From Ignicoccus pacificus DSM 13166 (GTDB lineage Archaea; Thermoproteota; Thermoprotei_A; Sulfolobales; Ignicoccaceae): DNA of 32,000 nucleotides. The translations under genes and the position numbers were made by a program. The stretch lies in contig CP006868.1 of NCBI GenBank assembly GCA_025340205.1, forward strand, positions 900,001 to 932,000, in the 5' to 3' direction. Shown here in pieces: positions 27,131 through 32,000 of this stretch. The notes beneath the pieces are model-generated. The model did no database searches, was not told the DNA's origin, and saw only the letters and a list, made by a program, of their open reading frames with translations. How positions within the stretch are numbered: the stretch's first letter is position 1; every line of letters starts with the position of its first letter.

Positions 27131-27316
27131 TCAATACACGTAGTATACCCAGAAGGATAAGGTTAGAGCAGTTAAGATTGCTGAGAGGATGAGAATCCAC
27201 TTAGCGTAGGAATTAAGGCCCATAACCGAAATAACAAAAGTGGCTGTTTGGATGAGTACCCCGATAGCCATTAACATTATTATAGCTGCTACGGTGACCC
27301 TTAGAGGATCAACCAT
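27131..27316 (-). CDS. Small two-TM membrane protein overlapping the gatE stop
   Basis: 61 aa 'MVDPLRVTVAAIIMLMAIGVLIQTATFVISVMGLNSYAKWILILSAILTALTLSFWVYYVY'. Its start overlaps the gatE 3' end by 8 nt. Confidence 0.6.
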   Translation of the reverse strand: MVDPLRVTVAAIIMLMAIGVLIQTATFVISVMGLNSYAKWILILSAILTALTLSFWVYYVY

Positions 27317-29207
27317 TCTTCAGTTCCTCCAGAGCTTTCCTTACCGCCTCTGCTACCACTTTTCCATCGACCTTCCCCCTTACTTCTGCCATAACCTTAC
27401 CCATCACTAGTCCGAAGCTCCTTTCTGGTCCTTTCTCCATTATCATTTTCTTGTATTTCTCTATTACATCTCTTACTATTTTATCAATGTCTACCTTTTC
27501 TCCTAACCCTAGTTCCTTTATCGCCTCGCTTACGCTCTTGCCTTCTGCCACCTTCTTGAGGACATCGGGTATCGCTTCTTTTGCTACCTTTCCTTCACTT
27601 ACTTGATCCAACACTTCTTCTATTTGTTCGTCGTGTATCCTCTCAATTTCAACACCTTCCCTCTCTAGTTCTTTCAATGTATCTACCACGGTCCTCACGA
27701 CTACCGTTGAAGGAAGCTTTCCATGATATTTCTTGACCAGCCTATATGCTAGATCGAATCTAACACTAGAAATCATCTTCTCTGCCATGTCCTTGGGGAG
27801 TTTGTAGGTGGTCATGAGCTCTCTTATTAGTTCTATAGGGTTCTTCGGCTTAAGCTTTTCTGCTTTCTTCAACATGTCCTCGGTAACGATTACAGGAGGT
27901 ACGTCTGTCTCTGGATACATCCTAGCAGAGCCAGGACGGGGTCTGAGGAAGCGCGTGGTTCCGTCGGGGTTTGCCGCTCTGGTTTCCTCTGGTACACCCT
28001 CAATTGCCTTTGCTGCTCTATCCCTAACGGCCTCTAAAGCTAACTTGGCTTGATCGCTAGGCGCCAAGACCAGTACGAAAGCATCCATCTCCTCACACTC
28101 GAGTTCCTTTCTCAATGCCTTCACTTCCTCTTCGCTTATCCCATATCCGGGAAGCTCATCGCTATGGATTATTCCTCCCACTGTGGACCAGAACTTGGCA
28201 TAATCGGAGAGCTCAGTCCCAAATCTCCTCCCAGGTTGCACTTCCATGCCTAGAAGACCAGCGAACTTGGGGAGCTTCAGTGCCCAAGCGCCGGCTCCGC
28301 GCTTCAGCGCCCTCTTCACTATCTTGCTATCGCTATGCTCTAAAAGAGCCGTTACGTCCACGAACTCTTGCTTCAGTACGTCCTCTTTAGTAACTCCTCT
28401 TTCTCTTAAAATATCTCTTATTTCTAGAAGTTTCAGTTGTCTCTGAACCTCATATTCTACTACTTTGTCTATTATGTCCAGCCTTTGGACCCCTTTTATT
28501 TCGGTCTTGGCTCCGCCCTTTATCGAGACATTTAGATCTTGTCTGATCGTTCCGAGACCTCTCCTAACTCTTCCGGTAAGTCTTAACATCTGCCCTATCC
28601 TCAATGCTACCCTCTTCGCCTCCTCGGGAGAGTGGATGTCTGGGGCGGTGGCAATCTCTATAAGTGGAATCCCTAATCTATCAAGTTTGTAATGGACAAA
28701 CTTGCCCTTCTCTTCTAGCTTTCTGGCAGCGTCCTCCTCTACGCATATGGTTTCTATGCCTATCTTCTTATCTCCGAGTTCCAGTTCTCCTCCCAAAGCC
28801 ACAAGCATCGTCCTTTGAAAGCCAGACGTATTTGAACCATCGATTACCATCTTTCTCATTACATGTATCTCGTCGATTATTTTCGAATTAAATGCCTTTG
28901 CCATAGCTAAGGCGATTACAATACTATCCCTATCAGCCTCATGAGGAGGTTCCTCGTCGGCCTCTACTAAGCAGCTTACAGACCTTGGAGCATGGTAAAC
29001 GTAGGTCCTTCCTTTCTTCCATTCAAAGAGAGCGGCTATGTCTACCTCTCCGAGCTCGCTTCTAACGGGTCTTAGTCTCCTTTGGAAGACGTCTTCCTCG
29101 TCTTCTTCGACTAGCTCTGGCTTACAGTGACAGAACAACTTTCTCTCGGTCTTCAGTTGCTGATGCAATTCGAGGCCAACTTTGAGTCCCAAGCTTTCGT
29201 AGTCCAA
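27309..29207 (-). CDS. gatE: Glutamyl-tRNA(Gln) amidotransferase subunit E
   Basis: 'LKVGLELHQQLKTERKLFC', 'GFQRTMLVALGG', 'RRGLGTIRQDLNVSIKGG', GAD-like insert, and a YqeY-like C-terminus. Confidence 0.93.
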   Translation of the reverse strand: MDYESLGLKVGLELHQQLKTERKLFCHCKPELVEEDEEDVFQRRLRPVRSELGEVDIAALFEWKKGRTYVYHAPRSVSCLVEADEEPPHEADRDSIVIALAMAKAFNSKIIDEIHVMRKMVIDGSNTSGFQRTMLVALGGELELGDKKIGIETICVEEDAARKLEEKGKFVHYKLDRLGIPLIEIATAPDIHSPEEAKRVALRIGQMLRLTGRVRRGLGTIRQDLNVSIKGGAKTEIKGVQRLDIIDKVVEYEVQRQLKLLEIRDILRERGVTKEDVLKQEFVDVTALLEHSDSKIVKRALKRGAGAWALKLPKFAGLLGMEVQPGRRFGTELSDYAKFWSTVGGIIHSDELPGYGISEEEVKALRKELECEEMDAFVLVLAPSDQAKLALEAVRDRAAKAIEGVPEETRAANPDGTTRFLRPRPGSARMYPETDVPPVIVTEDMLKKAEKLKPKNPIELIRELMTTYKLPKDMAEKMISSVRFDLAYRLVKKYHGKLPSTVVVRTVVDTLKELEREGVEIERIHDEQIEEVLDQVSEGKVAKEAIPDVLKKVAEGKSVSEAIKELGLGEKVDIDKIVRDVIEKYKKMIMEKGPERSFGLVMGKVMAEVRGKVDGKVVAEAVRKALEELKNG

Positions 29208-29350
29208 AATGGACTTCCCGCACTTCTCAAGTTAATGGTAGGTATAAATGGTAGCGCTCGAGGAATTCTTTTGTGGGTCTAACTTCCCACCGTTTGAAGT
29301 GTAAATATCTCAAGGTAAATACTTAATACAGTATATGTAGTATCCAACAC

Positions 29351-29548
29351 ATGCGGGTGCTACCCGTGATAGGTTCCAGAGCTTGGTTAGATCCTTGTAC
29401 GAAAAAGGTGTACCTGAGGAAAGAACTAGCCACCTCTGATGAGCTCGAGGAGGTACTCCTCTCCCCAGGGCCTTGGGAGGGACTGGTTGAGGTAAAGACG
29501 CCTGAAGGCGAAACCTTCATCGTACCAGCTCACGAGCTCGTCTATTAA
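29351..29548 (+). CDS. Small hypothetical protein
   Basis: 65-aa ATG frame with balanced composition. It ends 4 nt before the convergent ORF at 29553. Confidence 0.45.
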   Translation: MRVLPVIGSRAWLDPCTKKVYLRKELATSDELEEVLLSPGPWEGLVEVKTPEGETFIVPAHELVY

Positions 29549-29552
29549 AGCA

Positions 29553-30203
29553 CTATATTTCTATGTATAAGTAATAATAGTCCTCATCCCTCGTCACTTG
29601 GAATGCATAAGATTTGAACCTTTTCTCTAAGTATTCCAATATCTTCACGGGTTCCTCGAGACTAGTTCCCAATCCGGGCAGAAGTAGGTCCACCAACGCA
29701 GTAAGCCTGTCTTCGACGTTGAATATCTTTTCCAAGTCCTCATACTCAATGACCGCCTCAGCCCTCCAGTTATCCCCCTCCCTTTCATAAAGTAAGTATT
29801 TACTCTCTGATCTAGCCGGTTTTGATCTTATGCTCTGCCCTTCAAGGACAACCTTGATCAGCTTTCTCTGTTCCTTCACGGAGCCTTTTTGTAAGTCGAC
29901 TTCAAGCGTTTCACAGTAGTCCTCTCCTTCCTCTATATTCACCTTACAATCATATCCTTGCGACTTGAGCTCCTCGCATATCTCTGTAAGGTCCTCACCA
30001 GTAGCGGGAACCCCGAGCGCCGCGAGCACGTCGTCCGGCAAGCTACCCTTTATCGCTTCCAGCACGTCCTCGGCTTTTTCTTCAGGTACTATTACATTTA
30101 ACGTTATCTCATTGTTACATTCCTTGTAAACCAACTTGGGGCGAGTATCCACTTCTCTTATCTTGAGGGTTCCTGACGTTACATTGTAGAATATCTCTTT
30201 CAT
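29553..30203 (-). CDS. Hypothetical protein
   Basis: 216-aa frame with charged, globular-looking composition. No family recognised. Confidence 0.6.
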   Translation of the reverse strand: MKEIFYNVTSGTLKIREVDTRPKLVYKECNNEITLNVIVPEEKAEDVLEAIKGSLPDDVLAALGVPATGEDLTEICEELKSQGYDCKVNIEEGEDYCETLEVDLQKGSVKEQRKLIKVVLEGQSIRSKPARSESKYLLYEREGDNWRAEAVIEYEDLEKIFNVEDRLTALVDLLLPGLGTSLEEPVKILEYLEKRFKSYAFQVTRDEDYYYLYIEI

Positions 30204-30266
30204 GTTTCGAACCCATGGAGGGGAGGAATGAGGGGAGAAAATGTTAGGGGCTAAAATCTCAAAAAG

Positions 30267-31880
30267 TTACTTCTCCTTGCTTTCCTCCTTCTTGCCGGCG
30301 GCCACGATGTCGTCGATCCTCAGTATTAGGGTAGCGGCCTCGGTTCCGCTCTTGATGGCGTTGGCCGGTACGGCTACGGCTTCAAAGGCACCTCTCTCGA
30401 TCATGTTGGTTATCTCACCGGTGTAAACGTCAACGCCGCAGTGCTTACATCCCTCGGTGTGCTTGGCCCTCAGTTGCATCAGCTTCTCGACGGGGTCGTA
30501 GCCGGCGTTCTCTACTAGTGCCATCACGATGCCCTCGAGGGCCTTGGCGAAAGCTTCGATAGCTAGCTGCTCCTTTCCACCGACCTTCCTTGCATAGTCC
30601 CTTAGGTCTAGGGCCAGCTCTACCTCAGGGGCTCCTCCAGCTCCTACTATCTTGCCGGCCTTCACTGCGTCAGCAACAGCGCTTAGGGCGTCCCTTAGGC
30701 TCCTCTCAGCCTCATCTACTATCCTCTCGAAGCCTCCCCTTACCAATATGGCCACAGCCTTGGGGTTCTTAGCGCCCTCGATGAAGACCATCTTGTCATC
30801 GCCAACCTTTCTCTCCTCGACTAGCTGAGCCTCTCCTAGGTCGTTGGGAGTGATGTCCTCAATGTTGCTTATGATCTTAGCACCGGTGGCCTTAGCTAGC
30901 TTCTCTAGGTCGCTCCTCTTCACCCTCCTTATCGCCATTATGCCGTTCTTAGCTAAGTAGTATTGAGCGACCTCATCGATGCCCTTCTGAGTTATGACGA
31001 CGTTGGCTCCTACCTCCTTTAGCTTCTCGACCTTCTTCCTCAGTATTTCCTCTTTCTCCTCTAGTAGGATCTTTAGTTGCTCGGGACTGGTGATCCTTAT
31101 TTCAGCGTCTAGCTCAGGCTTCTCTAGTTCGAGTGGGCAGTCTAGGACGGCTATCTTGGCGTTCTCAACCCTCTTGGGCATGCCGGGGTGAACTACCTCC
31201 TTGTCGAGTATTACGCCCTTGATTAGCTTGGTGTCCTTCAAGCTACCGCCGTGCTTCTTTACTATCTGTACGTAATCTAGGTCGACGTACCACTTGTCAC
31301 CTCTCTTCTCCTTGACGGTATCGACGGCCTCTACGGCTATCTCGGCGAAGTGCTCCCTGGCCTCTTGCACTCCCTTGCTAGCCAAGCTGGTCAGAGCGAT
31401 CTTCTTCAGCTTCTCCTTGTCCTCGGGGTCTATAGGCTCGGCGATCTCATTGATCTTGTCTAGGGCCCTCTCTAGGGCCTTCTTGTAACCTTGAATGATT
31501 ATGGTGGGGTGGACGTCCTTGCTCAACAAGTCCTCGGCTTGCTTGATTAACTCGCCAGCGAAGATCACCGCTCTCTTAGTTCCATCTCCTACCTCCTCAT
31601 CTTGGCCCTTGGATATCTGTACCAGTAGCTTGGCGGCGGGGTGCTGTAGGTCCATCTTGTCGAGGATAGTAGCGCCGTCGTTGGTGATGGTTATGTCACC
31701 CAAGCTGTCGACCAACATCTTGTCCATTCCCTTGGGGCCGAATGTGGTTCTCAATACCTCAGCCACAGCTCTGACTGCCATCATGTTGCTCCTTAGAGCC
31801 TCCCTTCCGTAAGTCCTGCTGGAACCCTCCTTCAGAATCACTACCGGAACACCCATGCTTTCGATAGGCCTTACCGCCAT
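30267..31880 (-). CDS. Thermosome (group II chaperonin) subunit; ORF extends to 31955 but likely starts at 31880 or 31856
   Basis: '[49 protein letters not shown]', '[16 protein letters not shown]', 'GGGAPEVE'-like '[12 protein letters not shown]'. Confidence 0.93.
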   Translation of the reverse strand: MAVRPIESMGVPVVILKEGSSRTYGREALRSNMMAVRAVAEVLRTTFGPKGMDKMLVDSLGDITITNDGATILDKMDLQHPAAKLLVQISKGQDEEVGDGTKRAVIFAGELIKQAEDLLSKDVHPTIIIQGYKKALERALDKINEIAEPIDPEDKEKLKKIALTSLASKGVQEAREHFAEIAVEAVDTVKEKRGDKWYVDLDYVQIVKKHGGSLKDTKLIKGVILDKEVVHPGMPKRVENAKIAVLDCPLELEKPELDAEIRITSPEQLKILLEEKEEILRKKVEKLKEVGANVVITQKGIDEVAQYYLAKNGIMAIRRVKRSDLEKLAKATGAKIISNIEDITPNDLGEAQLVEERKVGDDKMVFIEGAKNPKAVAILVRGGFERIVDEAERSLRDALSAVADAVKAGKIVGAGGAPEVELALDLRDYARKVGGKEQLAIEAFAKALEGIVMALVENAGYDPVEKLMQLRAKHTEGCKHCGVDVYTGEITNMIERGAFEAVAVPANAIKSGTEAATLILRIDDIVAAGKKEESKEK

Positions 31881-31916
31881 CGTGCTCACCCACCATGAAG
31901 CGGTGCTCAACGCTTC

Positions 31917-31926
31917 TATATAAGTT
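31917..31926 (-). promoter_or_regulatory. Putative TATA box of the thermosome gene
   Basis: Minus strand AACTTATATAG lies about 37 nt upstream of the ATG at 31880. Confidence 0.5.
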
Positions 31927-32000
31927 TTAGTTGTAGTTCGCTTGGAACACTCCAACTTTAAAGAAATACCTCGGTATCCGAGGTATGGGATCCAGATGCG

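Noticed and set aside
30241-31812. Plus-strand ORFs antisense to the thermosome (30241, 30590, 30994, 31294, 31495)
   Set aside because: These Ser/Leu-rich frames are the expected mirror of a highly biased coding gene; no independent start signals or motifs.
1-32000. CRISPR arrays, transposons, phage genes, toxin-antitoxin or defence islands
   Set aside because: I saw no spaced direct repeats, integrase/transposase motifs or nuclease clusters. The HEPN-like gene alone does not support a defence system.

Overview
This 32 kb window is ordinary, gene-dense chromosome from a hyperthermophilic archaeon. Evidence for that: ABCE1, thermosome, GatE, an intron-containing tRNA-Tyr with a C1-G72 pair, TATA-type promoters, and many GTG/TTG starts. 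SucC/SucD next to an iron-type alcohol dehydrogenase, plus an eight-heme cytochrome c, suggest an Ignicoccus-like Desulfurococcales organism; that placement is inference only. Recognised genes: Lhr-type helicase (cut by the window edge), TrkH-like K+ transporter, HEPN-like protein, ASCH protein, Get3/ArsA ATPase in a compact three-gene cluster, CstA, MoxR-like AAA ATPase, standalone Lrp/AsnC RAM domain, MoaD-MoaE fusion, HisD, ABCE1, anaerobic RNR (NrdD), SucCD, Fe-ADH, dolichol-kinase-like protein, GT4 glycosyltransferase, octaheme cytochrome c, GatE, thermosome, and three tRNAs (Tyr, Glu, Arg). I found no CRISPR array, transposon, phage or classical defence island. The strongest unexplained signals are: (1) a shared C-terminal [V/I]PAPALL-hydrophobic-Arg tail on two unrelated predicted secreted proteins, encoded by different synonymous codons, which looks like a protein-sorting signal; (2) a MoaD-MoaE fusion with an internal GG that probably needs cleavage; (3) a Get3-like ATPase packed between two small predicted membrane proteins; (4) a decoy anticodon-stem repeat inside the tRNA-Tyr intron; (5) a 52-codon TTG-start ORF missing from the ORF track; and (6) a perfect 9-bp inverted repeat upstream of the thermosome gene.
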